DNA from: Candidatus Electrothrix yaqonensis
GTDB taxonomy: Bacteria > Desulfobacterota > Desulfobulbia > Desulfobulbales > Desulfobulbaceae
DNA: 32,000 nt
Reading direction: 5' to 3'
Assembly (NCBI GenBank): GCA_047651235.1
Contig: CP178758.1
Location: 510,001 to 542,000 of the forward strand
Shown: piece after piece, positions 7,278 through 16,344 of the stretch
Layout: each line of letters starts with the position of its first letter
Position numbering within the stretch: position 1 is the first letter of the stretch
The notes under the pieces: generated by a model
What the model was told of the DNA's origin: nothing
Databases searched by the model: none
What the model saw: the letters and a program-made list of their open reading frames with translations, nothing else
Program-made: the position numbers and the translations under genes

Positions 7278-9080
7278 TTGTCCTACCTCGTCCTTGCCAG
7301 AAAATCCCGCCCCCAGACCTTTGCCCAGGTCGTCGGCCAGAAGCCCGTTGTCCGGACTCTACAGAACGGTCTGCGGCAGAACCGGATTCCCCATGCCCTG
7401 ATCTTCAGCGGAGTGCGCGGCACCGGCAAAACCACCCTTGCCCGTATCATGGCCAAGGCCCTGAACTGTGAACAGGGGCCGCCGCCGGAACCGTGCAATC
7501 AATGCCGCTCCTGCCGGGAGATCATGGCAGGCAGCTCAATAGATCTGCACGAGGTGGACGGTGCCTCCAACCGGGGTATTCAGGAGATCCGGGAGCTGAA
7601 GGAAAACATCCGCTTCATGCCGGTCAACTCCCGGTTCAAAATTATCATCATCGATGAAGTTCACATGCTCACCACCGAGGCGTTTAACGCTCTGCTCAAG
7701 ACCCTTGAGGAGCCGCCGGAGCATGTGTATTTCATGTTCGCCACCACGGAACTGCACAAGGTGCCGGTGACCATTCTGTCCCGCTGCCAGCGGTATGAGC
7801 TGAAACGGGTTGCCCATGCGGAGCTGGCTGCCCATTTCGCATCTCTTGCTGAGCAGGAGGGCGTCAGTATTGATGAGGCGGCCCTGAATATGGTGGTGCG
7901 GGAGGCAGGTGGTTCTGTGCGCGACGGCCTCAGCCTGCTGGATCAGGTGTTTTCCTATTGCGGCGACACGGTCACTGGGGAAGAGGTGGCTGATGTGCTG
8001 GGGCTGGTCAGTCACGAGGTAATTGCCGATATCGCCCGCGCCCTGCTCGGCAAGGACTTGGCTGCGGCCTTGGCCGGACTGGAAAAAGTGTACAGCTACG
8101 GCATGGATATCAAACGGTTCATCAATGAACTGTTAGGCTGGTTCCGTAGTCTGGTGGTCTGCCGGATCAGTCAGGAGCCCGGCCCGCTGCTGGACCTGCC
8201 TGCTGACGAGCTGGCCCTTCTGCGGGAGACGGCTGCTGCCCATTCTTCCGAAACTCTGTTCATGCTGTTCAACCTCCTCCTGGATGGTCTGGAAAAGGCG
8301 GCCTTTTCCGCCCGCCCGCGTTTTGCCGTGGAGATGGTCTTTATCCGGGCGGTTCAGGTGGAGGATGTGGTGCCGGTCACCGAGCTGCTCGGTCGGCTGG
8401 ATAAGGTGCTGGCCGGTGTTGCACTACCGCAGCAAGCCGTAATACAGCAGACCTCTATCCGTCAAGAACCGTCTTCCCGGACTGGTCCTGCTGCTGAAGC
8501 AGAAAAAAAAAAGCCCCGGACCGGGCCTGAACCGGTAGAATCGCCTCCGCATCCAGCCGCATCTTCCGGACAGAAAACTACACCGCAAAGCGCAGCGGAA
8601 CCGGCTCCGCAGCCGGAACAGAAGGCGCCGCCGAAAAGATCAGCTGTCCCGCCTGCCGGAAAAAAGGATATCCGGAAACACTGGCCGGAATTTATCGACT
8701 ATGTCCGGGATCGTCATCAGTGGATGGCCGCTCCCCTGCAGCTTGCGTCTTCAGCCCGCTTGGAAGACGGAAAATTAATTATTCAGTATGATGACACGGC
8801 TGACTACGGTGTCCTCAAAGACAGGGAAAAACTGGATGAACTCACTGTTTTTGCGGCGGACTTTTTTCAGAAAAACCTGCAGATCGAATTTTATGTTCCT
8901 CATGCGCAAGGATGTGAAGCAGATCCGAGCAGTGCTGCGGCAGTGGAAAAGAAACGCAAAGAGCTGGCCAATGATCCCCTAGTGCTGGCAGCAGTGGAGA
9001 TTTTTAACGGCCATGTGGGGGATATCCGGGTCGGGGCGCGTTACCGGACGCCGCTGGCTTCGGAAAAAGTTGACAAGTAA
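7278..9080 (+). CDS. dnaX: DNA polymerase III subunit gamma/tau
   Basis: TTG start. N-terminus SYLVLARKSRPQTFAQVVGQ, Walker A GVRGTGKTT, zinc module CNQCRSCREI, and IIIIDEVHML. A Pro/Ala-rich linker is followed by a tau-specific C-terminus. Confidence 0.92.
   Translation: MSYLVLARKSRPQTFAQVVGQKPVVRTLQNGLRQNRIPHALIFSGVRGTGKTTLARIMAKALNCEQGPPPEPCNQCRSCREIMAGSSIDLHEVDGASNRGIQEIRELKENIRFMPVNSRFKIIIIDEVHMLTTEAFNALLKTLEEPPEHVYFMFATTELHKVPVTILSRCQRYELKRVAHAELAAHFASLAEQEGVSIDEAALNMVVREAGGSVRDGLSLLDQVFSYCGDTVTGEEVADVLGLVSHEVIADIARALLGKDLAAALAGLEKVYSYGMDIKRFINELLGWFRSLVVCRISQEPGPLLDLPADELALLRETAAAHSSETLFMLFNLLLDGLEKAAFSARPRFAVEMVFIRAVQVEDVVPVTELLGRLDKVLAGVALPQQAVIQQTSIRQEPSSRTGPAAEAEKKKPRTGPEPVESPPHPAASSGQKTTPQSAAEPAPQPEQKAPPKRSAVPPAGKKDIRKHWPEFIDYVRDRHQWMAAPLQLASSARLEDGKLIIQYDDTADYGVLKDREKLDELTVFAADFFQKNLQIEFYVPHAQGCEADPSSAAAVEKKRKELANDPLVLAAVEIFNGHVGDIRVGARYRTPLASEKVDK
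8503..8530 (+). promoter_or_regulatory. candidate programmed -1 frameshift / slippage site generating a gamma subunit
   Basis: A run of 10 A (8503-8512) contains A AAA AAG in the 0 frame (8507-8513). The -1 frame then reads gcc ccg gac cgg gcc TGA (stop at 8528-8530). The site lies in the linker after the clamp-loader core, at residue ~412 of 600. Confidence 0.5.
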
Positions 9081-9192
9081 TTGCAGACGGACCGGGTATA
9101 ATGCCGTGTACCTGAGCACGGATACACATCAGGAGGAAGCCTCCCCTGAAGAATACTTGAAGAACGCTGAACAGCAAGAAAAGGAACAAACA

Positions 9193-9501
9193 ATGAACAT
9201 TTCAGACATGATGCAGCAGGCCAAGGATCTGCAGAAAAAGATCGGCGATATACAATCTGATCTGGCAACAAGGACGGTCACCGGGTCTGCCGGAGGCGGC
9301 ATGGTCACGGCCACAGTGAACGGCAAAGGAGAGCTGATCGGCCTGGCCATTGAACCCGGCATCGTCAATCCGGAGGAAACGGATATGCTGCAGGATCTGA
9401 TTGTGGCGGCGGTCAATGACGGCACCCGCAAGGCCGCCGAGCTGGGCAAAGGCGAGATGTCTAAACTGACCGGCGGCCTGAACATCCCCGGCTTTCCCTG
9501 A
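9193..9501 (+). CDS. ybaB: nucleoid-associated protein YbaB/EbfC
   Basis: MNISDMMQQAKDLQKKIGDIQSDL...VTGSAGGGMVTATVNGKGEL... matches the family. It sits in the conserved position between dnaX and recR. The internal ATG at 9193 is preferred over the ORF-track start at 9013. Confidence 0.9.
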   Translation: MNISDMMQQAKDLQKKIGDIQSDLATRTVTGSAGGGMVTATVNGKGELIGLAIEPGIVNPEETDMLQDLIVAAVNDGTRKAAELGKGEMSKLTGGLNIPGFP

Positions 9502-9509
9502 GAACAATC

Positions 9510-10115
9510 ATGCAGGTTGTCCCTCCGGCACTGGAGCGGCTGATTACCGACCTGACCCGTCTGCCCGGTATCGGTCGCAAAACCGCCTCCCGACTGGCTT
9601 TGTACCTGCTGCGCCGCCCTGCTGCCGAGGCCCTGAATCTTTCGGCCAGCCTATCAGAGCTGCATTCCTCCATCCGACTATGTAGCTGCTGTTTTGCCTT
9701 TTCCGAGAACGATCCCTGTCTGATCTGTGAGGATTCCCGGCGCGACAAACGGCTGGTCTGCGTGGTGGAGGGCCCCGGTGATCTGCTGGCCATTGAAAAG
9801 ACCAATGCCTTTTGCGGGGTCTATCATATCCTGCACGGGGTGCTGGCCCCTATGGAAGGAATCGGGCCGGACGAACTGAAAATCCGGGAACTCTTTGAGC
9901 GAGTGCGTACCCAGGGAATCGAAGAAATCTTGGTGGCCACCAGCTCCACCGTGCCGGGCGAAGCCACAGCCTCCTACCTGATTGATCACCTCATACCTAT
10001 GCAGGTGAAGGTCACCCGGCTTGCCTGCGGTATTCCTATGGGCATGGATATCAAGTATGCGGATGAGCACACCCTGGCACGGGCGGTGGAGGCGAGGCAG
10101 GGTGTACGGAAGTGA
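9510..10115 (+). CDS. recR: recombination protein RecR
   Basis: LERLITDLTRLPGIGRKTASRLA (HhH), Cys4 zinc finger CSCCFAFSENDPCLIC, and a Toprim region VCVVEGPGDLLAIE. Confidence 0.93.
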   Translation: MQVVPPALERLITDLTRLPGIGRKTASRLALYLLRRPAAEALNLSASLSELHSSIRLCSCCFAFSENDPCLICEDSRRDKRLVCVVEGPGDLLAIEKTNAFCGVYHILHGVLAPMEGIGPDELKIRELFERVRTQGIEEILVATSSTVPGEATASYLIDHLIPMQVKVTRLACGIPMGMDIKYADEHTLARAVEARQGVRK

Positions 10116-10203
10116 ATGCCTGGTACTGAGCCTCAACCACTGCAAATATTTTCCTTCGGCAGGGTGTCGTCGCGTGTCAAGTTCTTCAGAAACCCGGTAG
10201 GAT

Positions 10204-10614
10204 TTACTGCACAATAACTCCCGGACACCTGTGCAAGAGTTCCTCCTGGTCTTCCTTGAATTCATCCCAGAACGGGAATGTTCTGCACTGCTCCGGTCTG
10301 TCCGGATAGATGGTGCAGCAGCGGTCGATGCGGTCAAAGAAGCAGCAGAGGTACTCACCGTTGATGCTGTATTCCCGCAGGGATAGCCCGCCGTTGACCT
10401 GCCGTACATACTGTGCGGCAAAGGCTGTGCTGTCCATTCCCCGTGCAGCCGCCATTCTCTGCAGTTCTTTCATGCTGATCCAGACATATCCCCTGAACCC
10501 GCAGCAGCACCCTCCGCCGCAGGCCGCACATGCTTTTTTGTTAAAAAGATAAGGAAAACCTTCACGATGAATGATTTCTTGCTGCTGCATGGTGTATATT
10601 ATATTATCATCCAC
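10204..10614 (-). CDS. YkgJ-family cysteine-cluster (CxxCxxCC, UPF0153) protein
   Basis: CAACGGGCCCGFRGYVWIS...CCFFDRIDRCCTIYPDRPEQCRTFPFW is the typical putative Zn/Fe-chelating domain pattern. Confidence 0.75.
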   Translation of the reverse strand: MDDNIIYTMQQQEIIHREGFPYLFNKKACAACGGGCCCGFRGYVWISMKELQRMAAARGMDSTAFAAQYVRQVNGGLSLREYSINGEYLCCFFDRIDRCCTIYPDRPEQCRTFPFWDEFKEDQEELLHRCPGVIVQ

Positions 10615-10766
10615 GGGCTATTCGGCAGGGCATATTGGAGACCAGCTGCCTCTGGCAGTTCCGGGCGGTTCAGTAAGGGCGACCGAATGCAATATGGTGA
10701 TTGACCGGGCAGTGAAAAGCGGAATTTCAAGGTTCTCCGACGGACGGTCAGGGCCGCTGCTGCGGT

Positions 10767-11783
10767 CTAAAAATGATTGCCTGATGTACAGCGAGTCATA
10801 CACATATTTCCGCACATCGGCGGCTTGCCAGCACAGTTTCTGCTGCATATTTTCTGACAGCATGCGTCTTTTTCAAGATCACCTGTCACCGGATTTCTGA
10901 GCTTCAATGTTTCTGAATTCCGTGTAATATCGGCAGCACATAGATTTTTTTGACCTTTTGCTCTGCCGGTGAAAAATGCAGAGCCGGAAACAGTGACTGT
11001 TTCTCCTGCTTTAAAATCAAACAGCTCTGAACATTGCTTTGTCAGCTGTTCGGGAAACACATGAATGACAACAGACTGTTTACCGTCGGTCTCCACGTCG
11101 AGATGCAGTCCGCTCAGGCCGGTACCCGGCGGGGTTCTGTATTCAGCCTTCCTGATCTCCCCGGTCATTTCCATAAGAGGTGTTGTCCAGGGCTTGCCGC
11201 ATGACCCTCTGGTCGGCGGCTTGGTCTGTCTTTCCGCCTGCTCTTCCGCAGAATCTTCGGGTTCGGTATCGATCGAAGGAACAGCCTCTTCTTTTTCAGC
11301 GGAGGACGGTTCTTCTGCGTCAACCTGCTCTTCTCCGGCAACCGGACTGTCCGTTACTCCGGGCGATGTCAGCGTAACGGCTTCACCCGCTTCATCCGGG
11401 TCATCCTGGAGAGGGCTCTCCTCTTTAATATTCTGTTCAGGGGCCAGCTCTGTATCTGAAGGTACCGGAGTCTTTTCGGCACCAGTATCGGGCTGTATTG
11501 TTTCTTCTTTTTCTCCTGATCCGTTTTCGTGATCTGCGGGGCTGGACGGTGTCGGTGGAGTTTTCTTCTTATCGTTGGGTTGTCCGCTCGGTTTTGAGCC
11601 AGTGTCTTTAGTTCCTTTACCGGAATTCGTGCCAACAGGAGGTACAGGTACTACTTCTTTTAAAGGCGCTGTGTTATAAAGGAAGATAAGCAGTGCAAGC
11701 AGGAGGAGAATAGCTGTAACTATATAACAAACCGGGAGAACGATGAATTCTGCAAGAAGAGAAAGCAGGCTGTTTCGTTTCAT
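10767..11783 (-). CDS. hypothetical membrane-anchored protein with long acidic/Pro/Thr-rich linker and Cys-rich tail
   Basis: N-terminal TM helix (LLAEFIVLPVCYIVTAILLLLALLIFLY), roughly 170 aa of low-complexity P/E/T/S sequence, a globular C-terminal part (GLHLDVETDGKQSVVIHVFPEQL...GETVTVSG), and the tail CCQKICSRNCAGKPPMCGNMCMTRC. No family recognised. Confidence 0.6.
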   Translation of the reverse strand: MKRNSLLSLLAEFIVLPVCYIVTAILLLLALLIFLYNTAPLKEVVPVPPVGTNSGKGTKDTGSKPSGQPNDKKKTPPTPSSPADHENGSGEKEETIQPDTGAEKTPVPSDTELAPEQNIKEESPLQDDPDEAGEAVTLTSPGVTDSPVAGEEQVDAEEPSSAEKEEAVPSIDTEPEDSAEEQAERQTKPPTRGSCGKPWTTPLMEMTGEIRKAEYRTPPGTGLSGLHLDVETDGKQSVVIHVFPEQLTKQCSELFDFKAGETVTVSGSAFFTGRAKGQKNLCAADITRNSETLKLRNPVTGDLEKDACCQKICSRNCAGKPPMCGNMCMTRCTSGNHF

Positions 11784-12200
11784 AAAAATGACCTCTCATG
11801 CATACCTGTCAAGCTCTGACGAAAAGGAAACGGTCCGGCTTATTCCCGGCGCTGAATTTTCAGGAAAATCTCTTCCTGTATGAATCTCCTCTTTTCTTTA
11901 TAAAGAAGTGTAGATAATGGCAGGGCAGGATAGCCTTGTCAAGACAATTCAAGTTGTTTCTTATTTATAGACACTGCCCGGAATGTCGCCCTTGGCGTCT
12001 GCCCGTTGAAACGCACTTTCCAGTGGTATTTTAAAAGGGCCATCAGTTCAAAGGCTTCACTGGGGAGGTACAGAAACAGCTTGACAACCCCTTGAATTTC
12101 CGAGTACAAAAAGAAGAGAAGTGCCACGCTGATACTCCGGGATTCTTCGGATTATGACGACAGGGGCACCCTTTGCGGTTGCTTCTGACAGAGAGAACAG

Positions 12201-12788
12201 ATGCTCACTGAACAGCAGGGAAAAGTACTGGTCCGCCTGGCCCGGCAGACTCTTGAAAAAGAACTCGGCCGACCGCTCTCCGCTCCTGTTACGGAGCAGG
12301 ATCTGGACGATTCTGAGCTGCGGCAGCACCGGGGCGTCTTTGTCACCCTGAAACTGCACGGAGTGCTGCGGGGCTGTATCGGCAGCCTGCTGGGCGTGGA
12401 GCCGATCCTTGACGGGGTGCGCCGACATGCGGTCAATGCTGCGCTGCACGACCGGCGTTTCCCTGTGCTGACCGCAGATGAGCTGCCCCGGGTGCGGATT
12501 GAGGTCTCTGTGCTCACCCCGCCGCAGAACGTGAAGTACACCGATGGTGCCGATCTGCTCTGTCAGCTGCGTCCGGGAATTGACGGGGTGATCCTGAAAG
12601 TGCCCGGCGGCCCCGGAGCCACCTTTCTCCCTCAGGTCTGGGAAGAGCTGCCGGAACCGGAAAACTTTCTGGAGCAGCTCTGCCGCAAGGCCGGACTGCC
12701 CGAAGACAGCTGGCAGAGCGGCGAGCTGACTGTGCAGTCCTATCAGGTCCGTCACTTTGACGAACAGGAATTGCAGGAGCAATTATGA
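12201..12788 (+). CDS. AMMECR1 domain protein (AmmeMemoRadiSam system protein A-like)
   Basis: RGVFVTLKLHGVLRGCIGSL...AVNAALHDRRFPVLTADELPRVRIEVSVLTPP...PGIDGVIL. Contains the diagnostic LRGCIG motif. Confidence 0.85.
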   Translation: MLTEQQGKVLVRLARQTLEKELGRPLSAPVTEQDLDDSELRQHRGVFVTLKLHGVLRGCIGSLLGVEPILDGVRRHAVNAALHDRRFPVLTADELPRVRIEVSVLTPPQNVKYTDGADLLCQLRPGIDGVILKVPGGPGATFLPQVWEELPEPENFLEQLCRKAGLPEDSWQSGELTVQSYQVRHFDEQELQEQL

Positions 12789-13402
12789 AAGAGCTCAGCC
12801 TGCCCCCAGAATTATCCAGGGAAATCGCAGAGATTTATCAGATCATGCAGGAAGAGTACGATGTCCCTGCCCGGACAATCGGTCTGACCTGTGAGGGCTG
12901 CCCGGACAACTGCTGTGACTCCTATTTTCTCCACCACACCTACAGTGAGTGGGCCTATCTCTGGCAGGGTATCCGCCAGCTTGATAACCAAAGTATTGAG
13001 CGGATTGTCGAACGGGCAAGGGAGTATCTTGCACAAAGCCTGCAGCCGCTGGCCGAGGGCAGGCATCCGCAGATTATGTGCCCTCTGAATGACAACGGGT
13101 TATGCGGCCTGTACCGGCACAGGCTGCTGATCTGCAGGATGCACGGCATCCCGGCTACCCTGACCAGACCGGACGGACAGTTCATCCGTTTTCCCGGCTG
13201 CTTCCGCTGTCAGGAAATCGTCAACGAAAGATATGCGCGGGAGACCGATGCACCGGCTATGGACCGGAGCCTGCTCTTCCGGCGGATGGCCGCCCTGGAA
13301 GCCCGCCTTCTCGGGGAACAGCGCCATCTCTATCCCAAAGTCAGAAAGACTATTGCGGAGATGATTGTCCAGGGACCGCCGAACCTCCCCACACCCCGCT
13401 GA
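12785..13402 (+). CDS. YkgJ-like cysteine-cluster protein
   Basis: CEGCPDNCCDSYF...CPLNDNGLCGLYRHRLLICRMHG (CxxCxxCC type). Its start overlaps the AMMECR1 stop by 4 nt (ATGA), which suggests translational coupling. Confidence 0.7.
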   Translation: MKELSLPPELSREIAEIYQIMQEEYDVPARTIGLTCEGCPDNCCDSYFLHHTYSEWAYLWQGIRQLDNQSIERIVERAREYLAQSLQPLAEGRHPQIMCPLNDNGLCGLYRHRLLICRMHGIPATLTRPDGQFIRFPGCFRCQEIVNERYARETDAPAMDRSLLFRRMAALEARLLGEQRHLYPKVRKTIAEMIVQGPPNLPTPR

Positions 13403-13421
13403 GAACCGCAGTACCGCAGCC

Positions 13422-14426
13422 ATGCCTGATTTCCGGAATATCTGTGAGCAGGTGAAAAACGGCGTGGCCATTGACCGCCGTACCGCCTGTGAAATTGCCC
13501 GTTATGCTGATCCGCACTCCCTCTGGGCTGCTGCCGACGCAGTGCGCCGCGACTTTACGGGCGATCAGTTCCACCTCTGCTCCATCATCAATGCCCGCAG
13601 CGGCAACTGCAGCGAAAACTGCCGTTTCTGTGCTCAATCTGCCCGTTATCAGACCGGCGCACCCGCCTATGCGCTGATTGACGACAAGGAGGCCATGACC
13701 ATTGCCCTGGACAATGATGCCCACAGTGTGCATCGGCTTTCCCTGGTCACGAGCGGCCATTCCGTGGACGCGGAATCTCTGGATCAGCTGATCGGGCTGT
13801 ATGCACAGATCAGGAAGCAGACAGATATGGGGTTCTGTGCTTCAATGGGGTTTCTTGATCAGGAGCGGGCAGAACGGCTGCGGGCTGCCGGAGTCAGCCG
13901 CTACCACTGTAATCTGGAGACCAATAAACAGCGTTTTGCCGAGGTTTGTACCACCCACACTTGGCAGGAAAAGGTGGACACCCTGCAGATTGCTGCAGAA
14001 ACAGGCATGTCTGTCTGCTCCGGCGGCATCATCGGGATGGGCGAAACCATGAACGACCGGATTGAACTTGCCCTCGAACTACGCCAGCTCGGTGTCAAAT
14101 CGATTCCCATTAATATTTTGACCCCCATTTCCGGTACTCCCTTTGCCGAGCTGGAACCGCTGCCTGTGCAGGAAGTGCTGACCACCATTGCCCTGTTTCG
14201 CTTCATCAAGCCGGATGCGGTAATCCGCATTGCCGGAGGCAGACAGCAGTTAGGGGCTGATCAGTACTGCTGCTTTGCGGCCGGGGCCAACGGCGCCATT
14301 GTCGGCAACTACCTGACCACAACGGGCAGCTCTGTTGCTGAGGATCTTGCCGCCCTGCGGGAGATGGGCTTTACGGTTGCACAGCCCTGTTCGGTAAATT
14401 CGGAGTCTCCTGTAATATCGGGCTAA
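13422..14426 (+). CDS. bioB: biotin synthase (radical SAM)
   Basis: LCSIINARSGNCSENCRFCAQSARY (CxxxCxxC), RLSLVTSG, YHCNLET, VCSGGIIGMGET and IRIAGGR. ATG 13422 is preferred because it lies just after the stop of the upstream gene. Confidence 0.85.
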   Translation: MPDFRNICEQVKNGVAIDRRTACEIARYADPHSLWAAADAVRRDFTGDQFHLCSIINARSGNCSENCRFCAQSARYQTGAPAYALIDDKEAMTIALDNDAHSVHRLSLVTSGHSVDAESLDQLIGLYAQIRKQTDMGFCASMGFLDQERAERLRAAGVSRYHCNLETNKQRFAEVCTTHTWQEKVDTLQIAAETGMSVCSGGIIGMGETMNDRIELALELRQLGVKSIPINILTPISGTPFAELEPLPVQEVLTTIALFRFIKPDAVIRIAGGRQQLGADQYCCFAAGANGAIVGNYLTTTGSSVAEDLAALREMGFTVAQPCSVNSESPVISG

Positions 14427-14554
14427 CCATGGCCAGAATGCGAGCTGCAAGGTATACTTGGTTATCGGAATTCAGCACCTCCCCGACTGAAAAGGAAGAA
14501 TCCAATCAGTCGGAGGCTGCAGGGTGTGGGACGGTCTGCATTCAGGTCTGCAAG

Positions 14555-15637
14555 TTATGCATCCGTGAAATCTCCAGGCGGTTTTTTGAGATATTTCAGG
14601 AATCTTTTCTTCTCAATACTGTTGACATAGGCGTCATCCGGGCTGATCATCCTCTTTTTGAGCAGGTCCTCAATGGTGTCATCCAGAGTGGCCATGCCGT
14701 ATTTTTTTCCGGTCTGCATGGCTGAAGGGATCTGATAGGACTTGCCTTCGCGGATCAGGTTGCGGACAGCCGGGGTACAGATCAGGATTTCCTGGGCTGC
14801 ACATCGGCCCTTTTTGTCGACACGTTTGAACAGGGTCTGGGAAACCACGGCCTTGAGCGCATCCGCCAGAGTAGAGCGCACCTGACCCTGCTGGTCTGCC
14901 GGAAAAATTTCAATAATACGGTCAACCGTCTTCATAGCGTTCATGGTATGCAGGGTACCGAAGACCACATGCCCGGTCATGGCTGCTTCCATCGCCAGGG
15001 CAATGGTTTCCAGATCACGCATCTCACCGACCAGAATGACATCCGGATCCTCACGCAGGGCGCCGCGCAGGGCAGCGGAAAAACTCTTTGTATGGGTCCC
15101 GACTTCCCGGTGGTTGACTAGGCATTTTTTACTTTTATGAACAAACTCGATAGGATCTTCAACCGTCAGGATATGATCGCTGCGGGTATCATTAATTTCA
15201 TCAATGATCGCAGCCAGGGTGGTTGATTTACCGGAACCGGTCGGACCGGTGACCAAGATCAGTCCTTTGGGCAGGGTGGCCAGTTTGCTGATAACCTTGG
15301 GCAGACCTAACTGTTCGCAGGTGAGGATCTCGCTTGGAATCTCCCGGAACACCGCCGCGATCCCGTATTTCTGCTGAAAAAAGTTGGCCCGGTAGCGGGC
15401 AAGACCGGGGATGTGATAACCGAAGTCGATATCTCCGGTTTCCTCGAACAGCTTGATTTTCGGTTCCGGGCAGATCTCATAGAGCATGGCTTTGAGTTCA
15501 TCGTTGTCCATGGTCTTGTACTTAACCCGCTCCATATCGCCGCGAATCCGCAGAATCGGCTGCTGGCCCGCAACCATATGCAGGTCGGACGCCCCCTGTT
15601 TGTTCATCAACTGAAAAAAAGCATCAATCTGTGCCAT
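14555..15637 (-). CDS. pilT: type IV pilus twitching-motility ATPase PilT
   Basis: ASDLHMVAGQQPILRIRGDM, Walker A GPTGSGKSTT, ILVGEMRD, HVVFGTLHT. Confidence 0.9.
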   Translation of the reverse strand: MAQIDAFFQLMNKQGASDLHMVAGQQPILRIRGDMERVKYKTMDNDELKAMLYEICPEPKIKLFEETGDIDFGYHIPGLARYRANFFQQKYGIAAVFREIPSEILTCEQLGLPKVISKLATLPKGLILVTGPTGSGKSTTLAAIIDEINDTRSDHILTVEDPIEFVHKSKKCLVNHREVGTHTKSFSAALRGALREDPDVILVGEMRDLETIALAMEAAMTGHVVFGTLHTMNAMKTVDRIIEIFPADQQGQVRSTLADALKAVVSQTLFKRVDKKGRCAAQEILICTPAVRNLIREGKSYQIPSAMQTGKKYGMATLDDTIEDLLKKRMISPDDAYVNSIEKKRFLKYLKKPPGDFTDA

Positions 15638-15660
15638 TCACTTATCTCCTTTTTCTCCTT

Positions 15661-16344
15661 TTACAGTACAACCGTTTTACGGATATACGCAACAATATCG
15701 TCCACCTCGTCCAGCACTTCAAAGAGCAGCAGATCGGTCCTGTCAATCGTGCCGTTGCCGACAAGTTGGTCGCGGATCCAGTCAAGCAGTCCGCTCCAGA
15801 AGGAGTGGCCGACCAGAATGATGGGAAACGGTCTGATTTTTCGTGTCTGGATAAGGGTTAGGGCTTCAAACAGCTCATCCAGAGTGCCGAACCCGCCGGG
15901 CAGACAGATGAAGGCCATAGAATACTTGATAAACATGACTTTGCGGACAAAAAAATACCGGAAAGCAAGAGGCAGGTTGACATAGGGGTTCATCTGCTGC
16001 TCAGAAGGCAGATCAATGTGCAGGCCGATGGAGATACCGTTTGCTTCAGCTGCTCCCCGGTTGGCCGCCTCCATAATACCCGGGCCGCCGCCGGTGATAA
16101 GGCCGTAGCCGTTTTCAGCCAGCCGGGCGGCAAGGGCGCGGGTCAGTTTGTATTCCGGCGCATCTTCCGGGGTTCTTGCGGAACCGAACAGGGTGACTGC
16201 CGGGTACCCGAGGGAGGACAGGGTGTCAAAGCCGTCAACGAACTCTGCCATGATCCTAAACATCCTCCAGGTATCATTGCTGTCCATGGTGTTGATCATA
16301 TATTGGTTTTTCTGCCTGCTCTGCTGCATATACCGTGATATCAT
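15661..16344 (-). CDS. LOG family protein (TIGR00730 Rossmann-fold, cytokinin riboside 5'-monophosphate phosphoribohydrolase-like)
   Basis: VTLFGSAR, GGGPGIMEAANRGA, PGGFGTLDELFE. The exact start is uncertain. As listed, it overlaps the upstream stop by 4 nt. Confidence 0.85.
   Translation of the reverse strand: MISRYMQQSRQKNQYMINTMDSNDTWRMFRIMAEFVDGFDTLSSLGYPAVTLFGSARTPEDAPEYKLTRALAARLAENGYGLITGGGPGIMEAANRGAAEANGISIGLHIDLPSEQQMNPYVNLPLAFRYFFVRKVMFIKYSMAFICLPGGFGTLDELFEALTLIQTRKIRPFPIILVGHSFWSGLLDWIRDQLVGNGTIDRTDLLLFEVLDEVDDIVAYIRKTVVL

Noticed and set aside
9060-9100. TTGACA ... TATAAT pair at the dnaX 3' end, considered as a ybaB promoter.
   Set aside because: The spacer is 21 nt by my count, too long for a canonical sigma70 promoter.
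6826-9192. Looked for an SRP RNA (ffs) gene, which often neighbours dnaX, in the regions flanking dnaX.
   Set aside because: No conserved SRP domain IV motif (ggtccggaaggaagcagcc-like) is present. The upstream region is simply AT-rich.
9678-10421. 247-aa ORF on the minus strand spanning recR and the YkgJ gene.
   Set aside because: It overlaps two well-supported genes on both strands, and the sequence is Ser/Thr/Arg-rich junk.
10618-10863. 81-codon minus-strand ORF between the YkgJ gene and the 338-aa membrane protein.
   Set aside because: No recognisable motif or RBS, and it overlaps the longer ORF's tail. It is kept only as a caveat on that gene's 3' end.
12057-12782. 241-aa ORF on the minus strand.
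   Set aside because: It is antisense to the AMMECR1 gene, which carries the diagnostic LRGCIG motif.
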